Below are positions 48,119 through 57,875 of a stretch of DNA of 64,000 nucleotides, piece after piece; position 1 is the first letter of the stretch, and every line of letters starts with the position of its first letter. A model generated the notes under the pieces. It did not search any database, was not told the DNA's origin, and saw only the letters and a program-made list of their open reading frames with translations. The position numbers and the translations under genes were made by a program. This stretch comes from Candidatus Microgenomates bacterium (lineage in GTDB: Bacteria; Patescibacteriota; Microgenomatia; UBA8517), in assembly GCA_016784385.1 (NCBI GenBank), contig JADHUT010000003.1, positions 2,923-66,922 on the forward strand. Direction: 5' to 3'.

Positions 48119-48872
48119 TGCCTTTACATTTTACAATATATGTAATTCTATATGTTGGCCAAAAGTTCATTATCCTCAATATTGGTAAAAAGAAAAGTAA
48201 TTTATGATAAATATTAGTCAATAATTTTTTCTCACTAAAACCAAGAAACAACATATATACTCAAAGAAAAATATTTGTATTTAACTTTTTTTGAAAAGAC
48301 ACATTTTGTCCTTTTTTTATTCCACTCGAAATTATATATTTTTCAATCTCCGAAGGAGAGGGTAAACCGTATTCAATGTGTTCATTTAAAAAAGGAAGCT
48401 CTTTTTTGTGAGTAAATTTATAGTATTTATACAATATACGATCCACAACCTCTGAATCTTTACCTGAAGGAAAAGTGATATATGCCCTATCTTTAGCTAC
48501 GCGTATCATTTCCGAAATAGCCTTTTTTCTGTCTTCGGGCAATAAGTGTTCAACCATGTCAACACTAACAACTACATCAAAAGATTCGTTCTCGAAGGGA
48601 AGATCAACAACCGATGCCTTTATTACTTTAAATTTCTCGTTTTTCCCATTCTCGATATCTGTTCCAACTAAATTGAAGCCATTACCCATATACACATTTA
48701 TACCGTAATCACCTGATCCAATATCTAAAATCTTTGACCCTTTCTTAAAAGATGACTTAATATCATCCACTATGGGTAAATATCTCAGAGCAATTGAAAT
48801 ATCCCAATTTGGATATTTTTTTTGCAGCCACTTGTCAAAATTCCTGTTTAATTTCTTGTATTTATTTATCAT
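48108..48872 (-). pseudogene. SAM-dependent methyltransferase interrupted by an in-frame TGA at 48261-48263
   Basis: LDIGSG, LPFENESFD and EHL motifs. The same frame continues 50 codons past the TGA to TAA at 48108-48110, overlapping the next ATG at 48118. Confidence 0.65.
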
Positions 48873-49528
48873 TTATTCCTAACTTTCACCAAATGTAGCA
48901 TACCTAAGATAAATTTTTTATCTACTTCGATCTTAAAACCTGCTTTTTTACAAATCTCGATTAAATAATTGTCTCTGTAAGTTTGAATGTGTGTATCTCT
49001 CCACACCCACCCCCGGGGATGGAAATGCAGCCACAACCACCAAACAACATTAAATAAATTACTGTCAGACGGAACAAGAAATACGCCGTACCCATTCTTT
49101 TTCATCATTCTTTTAACATTTTTCAATACTTTAACCGGATCTTTGACGTGTTCTAAAACTTCCATAATATATACAGCATCAAAAGTATTGTCGTTATATT
49201 TGAGCTCATGAGCATCTCCGACCTTGAACTGCATTGCCTTATTTTTTTTCCAATGATTTTTAGCCCAATCAATGGACGACTTTAAAACATCTATGCCAAT
49301 ATACTTTTTTGATTTGGTAATTTCATATATTTTTTTTGAAAAGACACCGTCTGCACATCCAATATCTAAAACTGTTTCGGCTCGCTCACTCAACTTTTGA
49401 ACTTCATCAAATCTTCTCCTGTGCCAATAGCGTTGTAGGGGGTCTATTTTTAAAGACTGAAAATACCAATTTGGAGGAACTTGCTCATGCATTTCTTCAG
49501 CTGTTTTATTTTCCGGAGTTTTCATCAT
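48869..49528 (-). CDS. Class I SAM-dependent methyltransferase
   Basis: VLDIGCADG, GIDV and EVLEHV. Confidence 0.9.
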   Translation of the reverse strand: MMKTPENKTAEEMHEQVPPNWYFQSLKIDPLQRYWHRRRFDEVQKLSERAETVLDIGCADGVFSKKIYEITKSKKYIGIDVLKSSIDWAKNHWKKNKAMQFKVGDAHELKYNDNTFDAVYIMEVLEHVKDPVKVLKNVKRMMKKNGYGVFLVPSDSNLFNVVWWLWLHFHPRGWVWRDTHIQTYRDNYLIEICKKAGFKIEVDKKFILGMLHLVKVRNK

Positions 49529-51072
49529 TTCAAAAGAGTTCTCGATTGTACCACTATTTCACCAAATGATTTTTCTTCCAAAAGCATTGTATCGACATCT
49601 TCCTCACCAATTGCAATTGGAAGGTACATGGCAGGAATACCTGCCATTGGTTCCAAAATTAAAAAGGATTGTTTAAGTGGGGTTTCTACTCTTTCTAAAC
49701 TATCAAGTTGCCCTACCTGATCTTTTCCGTGCCACAATGGAACATAACCATACTGGTTCATCCCATACCAGTTATATAAATATGTCCAAACTATATTAAT
49801 CCAAAGTGGAGATGTTAGAGTGTTTATACTGAACGGTTCTCCATCAGTAATTTCATAAGTGTAGTCAATGGCAGCTTTTTGTTTACTTATGATCATACTT
49901 TTTTGAATTGCAAACAAAGTTGAACCAGATTTGTTTTGAGAAAAAACAAAAAACAAATTACCATATACCATAATTAATATGAAAAGAATCGCTAGAAATT
50001 TAGATTTGTTGACATATAATTTATAAATATAAAAAGCTAAAATCAACGATACCGCAGGACCGATTCCAACCATTAGAAAAGGTGTTGAAATTCCCCCAAC
50101 ACTAACCACAGTGATATGAGAAAAAAGCCAGATAGCCAAAAATGCTGGGTACTTATCTTTTTTAAAGTTTAGTAGTGAATAAACACCAAGAACAATTATT
50201 AAGGCTCCACCAATACCAATATTTCCCGGGAAAGTATTAAGTGCAAAAACGCGGCCTATTTGATTTAGATAAAGAACTAAATAATCTCCAACTGATTTAG
50301 TATATGCCAAATTACCCCCACTGGTTGTGGCAAGTGACTTAAATGCTGAAATACTACCAAAACCAAACTTAAATTCACATAAAATCAAACTAAAGACAGA
50401 AGCTGTCAATACCGCCAAAAAAGTTATTATTTGTTTCTTGGAAATATTCTTTTTGTGGATATAAAGCCAGATTAATATGGGAATTGCATGATACAGAAGA
50501 AATATCTCTGCTTGAACAGATAGTCCAAAACCAATTGCTGTTAAAACAGGCCCAACCCACACTTCGCTTTTTGAGCTTCGCGGGGTAAACCACAACCACA
50601 ATCCCAAATATAGTAGTGGAACCGTCCAAATCGCAATAGTTGGATTTGACACCCAAGTTGCATATTGTGTTGACTCAAACGAAACAGCAAACAAAAGAGC
50701 AGATAGTACCCCCAACCAAGGCTTTTTGAAGGCTGTGTTGGCAATTGCAAAAACTATAAAAACAGCCAATGAATTAAGAAATGCTATCCAATAACCAATA
50801 GCTATTGGGCTGCCCTTGGCCAAAAAACTAATTGGGGCAAGTAAGTAATAGTAAAATACTCCATGGAAAAGACCAGGAGTGGAGCTAGGTGGCCCTTGTA
50901 TTTTGATATTACCAGACAATATTTGCTTAACTACTAAAAAATCTCTTGCTTGGTCGTAATAAAAACTCAAAGAATCAAATTTCAAAAACCATATTCTTAA
51001 TACAAATGCAAAAATAAAGATTATAAAAAGTAAGACATATATGGGCTTGTCCTTTTTATTATTCTTTTTCAT
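49525..51072 (-). CDS. GT-C membrane glycosyltransferase (DQxRD subfamily)
   Basis: YYDQARD, QGPP, HGVFYYY.LAP and W.SNPT. Confidence 0.8.
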   Translation of the reverse strand: MKKNNKKDKPIYVLLFIIFIFAFVLRIWFLKFDSLSFYYDQARDFLVVKQILSGNIKIQGPPSSTPGLFHGVFYYYLLAPISFLAKGSPIAIGYWIAFLNSLAVFIVFAIANTAFKKPWLGVLSALLFAVSFESTQYATWVSNPTIAIWTVPLLYLGLWLWFTPRSSKSEVWVGPVLTAIGFGLSVQAEIFLLYHAIPILIWLYIHKKNISKKQIITFLAVLTASVFSLILCEFKFGFGSISAFKSLATTSGGNLAYTKSVGDYLVLYLNQIGRVFALNTFPGNIGIGGALIIVLGVYSLLNFKKDKYPAFLAIWLFSHITVVSVGGISTPFLMVGIGPAVSLILAFYIYKLYVNKSKFLAILFILIMVYGNLFFVFSQNKSGSTLFAIQKSMIISKQKAAIDYTYEITDGEPFSINTLTSPLWINIVWTYLYNWYGMNQYGYVPLWHGKDQVGQLDSLERVETPLKQSFLILEPMAGIPAMYLPIAIGEEDVDTMLLEEKSFGEIVVQSRTLLK

Positions 51073-52112
51073 TTGTTTTTAAATATATCTTTTAATTTTT
51101 CTTCAAATTCACCATATGAATAAACTTGGCTTTTTTGTTTAGCCATTTTTGTTGCATGATTAAACAATTTATAATCAGAATCAACTTCTTTTGTAATACT
51201 CACTAAATCTGATAAAGCTTCAAATAAAAATCCGCTTTCTTTGTCATCAATAATTTCCCTATGACCTCCACCACTATAAACAATAGGGACTACACCTGCC
51301 GCCATTGCTTCAACTAAGGTGATACCAAAATGTTCCATCTTATCCGGGTTTTTGTTTTCATCTACACCGTACCCTGCTGCTGACCAAAAATATTTGGCTT
51401 TTCCATATAGCTGTAAAAGAGTTTGATAATCTGGACTTTGAAGAAACTCAACATTCAAACCTTTAGCCTCTTTTTTCAGCTCATCCAAGTAACCACCAAC
51501 CCCAACTTCAACACCCCCGGCAAGAACCAGTTTCCAATCTTTATACTTCTCATCCATTGTCAATTTTTTGAAAGACTCAATTAAATATCGTTGACCTTTA
51601 TTCTGTACTAAATTTGAAAATCTACCTACATATAATATTAAATTCTCTTTTCTTTTAGGTTTGATTTTAGCTACATCCACAGGAGGGTAAACGACAACAC
51701 TTTCAACTCCATATTCCCTATCTATGATCCTTTTAGTAAAATTGGAATTGCAAATTATCTTTTCAATTCTGAAAAGCTTCATTTTGTTCAGCAAAGATTT
51801 ACCATTAACACCATGGAAAGGAACTTGAAAATGTAAAAAATTCCTTTTTGCCCTAAGAGTTGGAATACTTCCATCACTTACCCAAAAACAAACATCATAA
51901 TTCTCTCCCCTATTTATTTCATTCACAATTTTTATCGATTTGGGCAATGTCATACCAAATCTGTTTGATAATCTTTGTAAAATACTTTTCTCTTTCCAAG
52001 CAATATCAACTTCATATCCCATACCAGCCAATACTATGGCAACCGATAAAGTATATCGCTCTCCTCCACCTAAAGTATCTAAATAAGGGTTTTTGATAGC
52101 TGCTTTTCCCAT
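51069..52112 (-). CDS. GT4 glycosyltransferase (ALG11/ALG2-like)
   Basis: GGGERY, NSNFT, VYPPV, VGRF and EHFGITLVEAMAAG. Confidence 0.9.
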   Translation of the reverse strand: MGKAAIKNPYLDTLGGGERYTLSVAIVLAGMGYEVDIAWKEKSILQRLSNRFGMTLPKSIKIVNEINRGENYDVCFWVSDGSIPTLRAKRNFLHFQVPFHGVNGKSLLNKMKLFRIEKIICNSNFTKRIIDREYGVESVVVYPPVDVAKIKPKRKENLILYVGRFSNLVQNKGQRYLIESFKKLTMDEKYKDWKLVLAGGVEVGVGGYLDELKKEAKGLNVEFLQSPDYQTLLQLYGKAKYFWSAAGYGVDENKNPDKMEHFGITLVEAMAAGVVPIVYSGGGHREIIDDKESGFLFEALSDLVSITKEVDSDYKLFNHATKMAKQKSQVYSYGEFEEKLKDIFKNK

Positions 52113-52798
52113 AATTTTGAATAACTAATCAATCTGCTAAACACTTGATACATTGCGTAAATAATTCCCTCTACACCATCTAAAAAAGAAAGCTGTTTGA
52201 CAAACCTTAACCAAAATTCGCGCAGTCCCGCTGAAAAAAATCTGAAAATATTCATTTTTGGGTGATTTGCTTTAATCATCTCTTCAGCTTCAAGTTCTGA
52301 CCATTTGTTTGTTTTTTTTATCATTTCAGAAATACTGCTATTTTTGTGATGGGTAATAGGATTTTTCAGATGCTCAAGGAAACCTTTATATGAAGGTTCT
52401 TCATGCAATCTACCTGTCCATTTTGAAAAGTTTGATCTATTAAAAAGTCTTTTTTGATAGTCAGGAAACTGCCCTCCGTGCTTGAATTCTTTCCCAAAGA
52501 TTATGTTTTTTCTAGGAATAGCAAAACAACCTACTTTCCCACTATTCTTTTTTATAACACTCATTATCTCTTCCATTAAGGCAACACTAACTTCCTCATC
52601 TGTGTCTATATATAAAATCCAATCCCCGCTAGCTTCTTTGAACCCTTCATTTCTCCAGTCAGCAAAACTCCCTTTTATATCATCTGTTTTTACTTTAATT
52701 ATTTCATTTGTCCAAGAAAGAGAATTTATGCACTTTCGGTACAAACCTTTGTCAAACTTCCCACCAACTAAAACAATTGCATTTATCGATGTTTCCAT
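52079..52798 (-). CDS. GT2 glycosyltransferase with shortened N-terminus
   Basis: FADWRN, IDTDE, IPRKN, PDYQ and LHE. Confidence 0.8.
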   Translation of the reverse strand: METSINAIVLVGGKFDKGLYRKCINSLSWTNEIIKVKTDDIKGSFADWRNEGFKEASGDWILYIDTDEEVSVALMEEIMSVIKKNSGKVGCFAIPRKNIIFGKEFKHGGQFPDYQKRLFNRSNFSKWTGRLHEEPSYKGFLEHLKNPITHHKNSSISEMIKKTNKWSELEAEEMIKANHPKMNIFRFFSAGLREFWLRFVKQLSFLDGVEGIIYAMYQVFSRLISYSKLWEKQLSKTLI

Positions 52799-53754
52799 TG
52801 CCCCATTCCATGCCTTCCTAAAAGGGCATCAATGGCTCCCCATCTTTGCCACTTTCTACCTTTAAAAACCAACCTGATAGTGTCTCTCAAAACTGCAAAT
52901 TTGGTTCTGGGTCGTGCGTATCTAAAAGCAAAAAACAATCTGTTCCTGGTCAGAAAATAATCATTTGTAGGGCTCCCAGATCCTCCAGTTGATGCGGAAA
53001 CCTTGTGCCACATGCAAGTATCTGGTACATAATACGTTTCAAACCCAACCTTTTTTGCTTTCATTGAAAAATCTGGATCCTCCCAGTAGAGAAAAAATGT
53101 AGGGTCAAGCAGTCCAACCTGGCCAATCACTTCCCGTTTTATAAGAAGTGTTGCCCCATTTGCAAAGTCGGTTGGTTCTGCTTTGTCATATTGGCCCACA
53201 TCCACCTCATCGACACCTCTGTGTGGAGAATAAATATTGTCCCAATCCAATATTCCCCCTGCATACCAAATGACCTTACCTAACTCACTCTTTTTATACC
53301 TATTTTTAACACCATTTGGTGTCAAGATTTTCTTATGAAATTCATACCCTTTGGCAAAATACATTTTTGGGGAAGCAATACCCACCTTTGGATTTTTTTC
53401 CATAAATGAAACCATTTTTGTTACCATGTCAGGAGGAACGATTACATCGTTATTAAGAAGCATTACATAATCCGCTCCTCTTTTTAGTGCATCAACAATT
53501 CCCACATTATTACCACCTGCATAACCTAAATTTGCCCCACTTTGAATAAATTTGTAACCCATATTTGGTAATTTGTAATTTTTCAAAGCTTCCTCGGTTC
53601 CATCAGAAGAATCATTATCAACCACAATACACTCTAAATCCAAATTTCCAGATTTAAGGACAGAAATATCTCCCAACTCTTCTTTTGTCATCTTAAGAGC
53701 GTTTGTTGTGAGTATTATTATTGAAACTTTAATTTTCTTTTTAGTTTTAGCCAT
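52783..53754 (-). CDS. GT2 glycosyltransferase
   Basis: VDNDSSD, NLGYAGGNN, LLNND and FLYWED. Confidence 0.9.
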   Translation of the reverse strand: MAKTKKKIKVSIIILTTNALKMTKEELGDISVLKSGNLDLECIVVDNDSSDGTEEALKNYKLPNMGYKFIQSGANLGYAGGNNVGIVDALKRGADYVMLLNNDVIVPPDMVTKMVSFMEKNPKVGIASPKMYFAKGYEFHKKILTPNGVKNRYKKSELGKVIWYAGGILDWDNIYSPHRGVDEVDVGQYDKAEPTDFANGATLLIKREVIGQVGLLDPTFFLYWEDPDFSMKAKKVGFETYYVPDTCMWHKVSASTGGSGSPTNDYFLTRNRLFFAFRYARPRTKFAVLRDTIRLVFKGRKWQRWGAIDALLGRHGMGQWKHR

Positions 53755-54638
53755 ATTTTATTTAGTGTTTTTGATTTTTTGATTTTACTCTCAAGTAACC
53801 ACCACATAAACTGTTTTGAACTTTTATCAAACTCTTCTTCCACCTGACCAATTGAAAGTTTTCTTTTGGCAAATTTGTCTCTTTGCCAAATTTTTAGATA
53901 AATAACCAATTCCGAAAATGCCTGAAGAAGTGAGAGTGAAAGACCATGAAGACCATCTTTGTATCCTTCTTGGGCAAAAAATCGGGTTAGAAATTGTGAA
54001 GTAGGTTTGCTTATAACTTGTCTCCAAGAAAATTTTACCCCTTCTTTTTTTAAATGTTTGGCCTGAATAGTGGTATAACGATTCATGCGGGTTATGTATT
54101 CTTCCAAAGAAGAATAATGGTTGTGAACTATTGCTAAATCTCTCTCTGAAGGTAAATCAAACCCAACTCCAGTCGTTACTGGAATAGAGTGAATTACTTC
54201 ATTCCAGGATACAGTTCCTTTTTTAAAAAAACGAATGTTGTAATCAGGCCACCAACCAGTATGGCCCATCCATTTACCAAAAATAATATTTTTACGAGGA
54301 ATTCTAAAAAAATTTGGAGTTATTCCTTCTTTGTAAGATTTAATTTGTTTCTTTAAATATAGTTTTAGTGCTTTTGGGATCCATTCATCGGCATCCAATA
54401 CAAATACCCAGTTGTGTTTGCATTTTTCAATTCCGAAGTTTCTTGCAGGTTCAACATAACCCATTCTTTTGTGGTTGTAAACTATGGCCCCCGCATTCTT
54501 TGCAATTTCAACCGTTTTGTCAGTTGAATTCATATCAACAACAATTATTTCATTTGCAAAACCAGACAAAGAAGAAATGGCCTTAGGAAGTCTCTTTTCT
54601 TCATTAAGAGTATTAATTACAACAGAAATCTTGGCCAT
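53718..54638 (-). CDS. GT2 glycosyltransferase (beta-1,4-glucosyltransferase-like)
   Basis: NEEK, VDMNSTD, EPARN, LDADE, WPDY and NRYT. Confidence 0.9.
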   Translation of the reverse strand: MAKISVVINTLNEEKRLPKAISSLSGFANEIIVVDMNSTDKTVEIAKNAGAIVYNHKRMGYVEPARNFGIEKCKHNWVFVLDADEWIPKALKLYLKKQIKSYKEGITPNFFRIPRKNIIFGKWMGHTGWWPDYNIRFFKKGTVSWNEVIHSIPVTTGVGFDLPSERDLAIVHNHYSSLEEYITRMNRYTTIQAKHLKKEGVKFSWRQVISKPTSQFLTRFFAQEGYKDGLHGLSLSLLQAFSELVIYLKIWQRDKFAKRKLSIGQVEEEFDKSSKQFMWWLLESKIKKSKTLNKIWLKLKRKLKFQ

Positions 54639-54644
54639 GGGTTA

Positions 54645-54653
54645 ATTTTAGCA
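54645..54653 (-). promoter_or_regulatory. Extended -10 box (TGCTAAAAT), 6 nt before the ATG at 54638
   Basis: Minus strand reads TGC TAAAAT TAACCC ATG. Confidence 0.6.
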
Positions 54654-54665
54654 AAAAAGAGGAAA

Positions 54666-56405
54666 CTATTCGACTCTATATACAGAAACAACCAAATTTC
54701 CATATATTTTCTCTAAACCCAATTGTTTTGTGCCTAATTTTAGCTCTTCTCCTGGAAGTGGTGAGATGGACCTAACAAGATACAAATATCTAATCTTATT
54801 ATTTTCTAAAAAGTCCCTACCTTTCTGTTCATCTAAATTTGAAATAAATTCCAATACTTCTTCTCTTCTGTCTTGCCAATCATACCCTAAAATATTTGCG
54901 TTAACTTCATCTTCCAAAAATACTTCTTTGTCAGAATAGGCCGACACATAACTAGTTGATTCATACAGATACATTGGTCGTGGTGCATATGCCGCAGCTT
55001 GCCTAGATTTATATTTGTCAAAAGGATATGTTAATACCACACCTCCGGGTTGTTCGGACAAAAACTCAAGTGCTTCGTACTCATCGCTACTTATCTTTGA
55101 GGGTGGAGTAGATGGCAAGTAATGGACAAGGGTGGCCACAACTCCATAAAAGGCTAATAACAAAACAAGCAGTGTTGTTGTTATTTTCATAACCGGTTTG
55201 ACCTTTTTAATAATTTGGCTTGTTGATATCCCGGCAAAAAAGCAAAAAATGAAAAGAAAATAGTAGAAAAACTGAATTGTGTTCCAAGGTGTGCCACTTT
55301 GTACAAAAAACATGGGGATTATTACTGCAGCTATCATAATTGATATTAAAAATACCAAAAACTCATCGAGTTTTATCTTTTTACAAATTACCTTTAAAAG
55401 ATAATAAAAACCAATAATTCTAGCTCCCATATTCCCGACCAAAAAGATTACAAATGCTACGCCGTATGTGGGTACTGACTTCAACCATATTTTGCCCATT
55501 TTATAGGTAGTCATTGCTGAATAAAATCTCTCCCAACCTAGTCGATCAGAGTAAGACATCATTGTTTCTAGAAACCAAAAAGGCTGCCATACCAAAACTC
55601 CACCAGACAACCTATTGAAAGGCAAAAAGACCAAAAGTGAAATCAAAAGGGAGTAAAAGAAAGTTTGTAAGATATAAGTTTTTTTAGATTTAATATACAA
55701 ATAAATTCCAGAAACAAACAAACCTCCTAGTACTAATATCCCCGCATAAACCTTTACTTGGATAAGAAGACCAAACAACAAGGAAGAGATAATAAGATTT
55801 CTGAGATTTTGACTCTTTTTATATTTCAACAAAAACACAAGACCCGCCAGGATAAATATCAACGAAAGAGCAAATGGAGGATTGACCAGTGTTGACATAG
55901 CCTGCTGAGACCAAAACATTGATTCGCCACTTACAATTCCATCACGTAAAAGCGTAATCACAAACCCAAACCCAGAACCAAAATAAACAAAAACCAGTGT
56001 CCAAAAAATCTCCCTTCTTGATCTTTTCCAAAGGTTCATAAATACATACACCAACCAACCAATGAGAATAGAAAAAATGACTGGTAAGATTTGAAAATAC
56101 AATGTATTTATTGGAATACTTGTAAGCTTATGAATCGTGGCCATTAATAAATCAAACCCTAAGTGATAGTTTTTTAAAACTTCACCAGCAAAAACTGGGT
56201 TATCCAACGTCAACGTCCTTGAAAAGGACTTTGCTAGGGCGATGTGCCAAATACCATCATGACCGTTAGGACCCCAGAAACCTAACCCAAAATCATACCC
56301 AATTCCACTTTTTACCATCACCAAACTCCACGCGAGTGATCCTACCAATATTGCAAGGTAAAGACTTTTATTTTTTGAAAAATGCTGAGAAAGTATTTTT
56401 AACAT
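54666..56405 (-). CDS. Putative GT-C membrane glycosyltransferase (HDG-x-WH subfamily)
   Basis: WGPNGHDGIWH, NPVFAGE.LKNYH, GESMFW and KVYAG; ATG at 56405 preferred. Confidence 0.65.
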   Translation of the reverse strand: MLKILSQHFSKNKSLYLAILVGSLAWSLVMVKSGIGYDFGLGFWGPNGHDGIWHIALAKSFSRTLTLDNPVFAGEVLKNYHLGFDLLMATIHKLTSIPINTLYFQILPVIFSILIGWLVYVFMNLWKRSRREIFWTLVFVYFGSGFGFVITLLRDGIVSGESMFWSQQAMSTLVNPPFALSLIFILAGLVFLLKYKKSQNLRNLIISSLLFGLLIQVKVYAGILVLGGLFVSGIYLYIKSKKTYILQTFFYSLLISLLVFLPFNRLSGGVLVWQPFWFLETMMSYSDRLGWERFYSAMTTYKMGKIWLKSVPTYGVAFVIFLVGNMGARIIGFYYLLKVICKKIKLDEFLVFLISIMIAAVIIPMFFVQSGTPWNTIQFFYYFLFIFCFFAGISTSQIIKKVKPVMKITTTLLVLLLAFYGVVATLVHYLPSTPPSKISSDEYEALEFLSEQPGGVVLTYPFDKYKSRQAAAYAPRPMYLYESTSYVSAYSDKEVFLEDEVNANILGYDWQDRREEVLEFISNLDEQKGRDFLENNKIRYLYLVRSISPLPGEELKLGTKQLGLEKIYGNLVVSVYRVE

Positions 56406-57849
56406 CTTCAATAAACCCGAGGCCGTAAAGGGCAAAAATAACTGACAAGTAAATTATTGCTCCAGTAGCTACCAAAATCCACACACTTCCCAAGGAGGCA
56501 GGTAGTGCCCTTCTCAAAAATATAAGAGGTAACATCATAACAAATGCCGCCAACAGTGGCTTTAACACAGATTCCATTAGTGAAAAATCAACAAATTTTC
56601 TTGCTACAAAAATGGCTACAATTGAAGAAAGTCCCACAATACTATACCCTGCAGCAGCACCGTTAACCCCGTATTTAAGGGCCATATATGGAATAAATAT
56701 CCACGAGAGAACTGTCCACATGATCATTAAACCAAATGTAATTTTGATTTTTCCAATTGCATTTAAAGTATTAGTTAGCTGGGTTGTAACTGCTGCAAAA
56801 ATTGAGTTAACAGATATGAATGCCAAAGGAATAAGAGCTGGCACCCATTTTTCATATCGCGGAATAATGGCTACAATTACTGGAGCAACCATCAACAAAC
56901 CAACCACACTTGGGAAAACCAAAAAACATATAAAAAAGATTGATCTTGTTAGTGATCTTTTTAAATGTTCTTTTTCATCCTGCATACGGGAAAATGCCGG
57001 GAATGTTACTTTAATAACATGGTCCATGAAAAACCTCAGAGGTGCTTGTCCCCACTTTTGAGCCCAACCAAGAAGGCCAATACCAGCAGGCCCCAAAACA
57101 CTTCCCAACACAACAGTCATTCCGTCATCTTTTAGTGTTGCAAGAAGTGTATTTGCTTGATATGGGATTCCAAAAGAAAGTAAATCTTTGAACGATTTTT
57201 TGTTAAATGAAATGGCTGGTTTCCACGGCTTCAAAAAATACATTGCCACAAGCCCTACTACTCCACGAGCTAGAACTGCTATTGTAAAGCTAGTTATACC
57301 AAAACCTTTCCAGGCCAGTATCACTGCCACTAAATTGTAAACCAAGTTTTCCAATACTTGAGGAATGACCAATTTACCAAACTCCAAGTCCCTCTCCATC
57401 AAAATTGATGGAATGGTTTTCAGAGATGAAAGAAAAAGTGAAATGGCAAGAGCAAAAAGCAAGTATTTCCCCCCAACAGATAGTGAATAATGAGAAACTA
57501 TCAAAGGAGACACTGATAATAATATTGCCAGAATGAGTATGACTAAAATTGTCTGTACTGTAAAAGTGGTTTTAAGATCAGCATTGGTCAATTTTTCCCT
57601 TTTCTGTATAAGTGCAGCAGCAAGACCCACATCACTAAAATATGCCAAAAAGTTAACTACTGCAGAAACTATCCAAAAAACACCAAACTCAACAGGAGAC
57701 AAAAAAACAGTTAAAAAACCAGTCGCAACCAAAGAAAGAACAGAAAGCAAAAAGGTTCTTCCAGTTAAAACAGCAACTCCTTTAACTGCTCTTTTTTTAA
57801 CAGTATCAAGAGAAATTTCAGTAGTTGGATCTAAATGTTCTTCTTCCAC
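56368..57849 (-). CDS. wzx: Wzx (WzxC-like) polysaccharide flippase
   Basis: LSP.EFG, DVGLAAALIQ, ERDLEF and TFPAFSR; 12-14 TM; GTG start. Confidence 0.88.
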   Translation of the reverse strand: MEEEHLDPTTEISLDTVKKRAVKGVAVLTGRTFLLSVLSLVATGFLTVFLSPVEFGVFWIVSAVVNFLAYFSDVGLAAALIQKREKLTNADLKTTFTVQTILVILILAILLSVSPLIVSHYSLSVGGKYLLFALAISLFLSSLKTIPSILMERDLEFGKLVIPQVLENLVYNLVAVILAWKGFGITSFTIAVLARGVVGLVAMYFLKPWKPAISFNKKSFKDLLSFGIPYQANTLLATLKDDGMTVVLGSVLGPAGIGLLGWAQKWGQAPLRFFMDHVIKVTFPAFSRMQDEKEHLKRSLTRSIFFICFLVFPSVVGLLMVAPVIVAIIPRYEKWVPALIPLAFISVNSIFAAVTTQLTNTLNAIGKIKITFGLMIMWTVLSWIFIPYMALKYGVNGAAAGYSIVGLSSIVAIFVARKFVDFSLMESVLKPLLAAFVMMLPLIFLRRALPASLGSVWILVATGAIIYLSVIFALYGLGFIEDVKNTFSAFFKK

Positions 57850-57856
57850 TTCCTAA

Positions 57857-57865
57857 ATTGTAACA
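57857..57865 (-). promoter_or_regulatory. Extended -10 box (TGTTACAAT), 7 nt before the GTG at 57849
   Basis: Minus strand reads TGT TACAAT TTAGGAA GTG. Confidence 0.55.
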
Positions 57866-57875
57866 CTTTACAGGC

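Noticed and set aside
48261-48263. Alternative genetic code (UGA = Gly/Trp, as in Gracilibacteria/Absconditabacteria)
   Set aside because: Only one internal TGA was found, and many genes end in TGA within ATGA overlaps (e.g. 1301, 2272, 33916, 43774, 51069).
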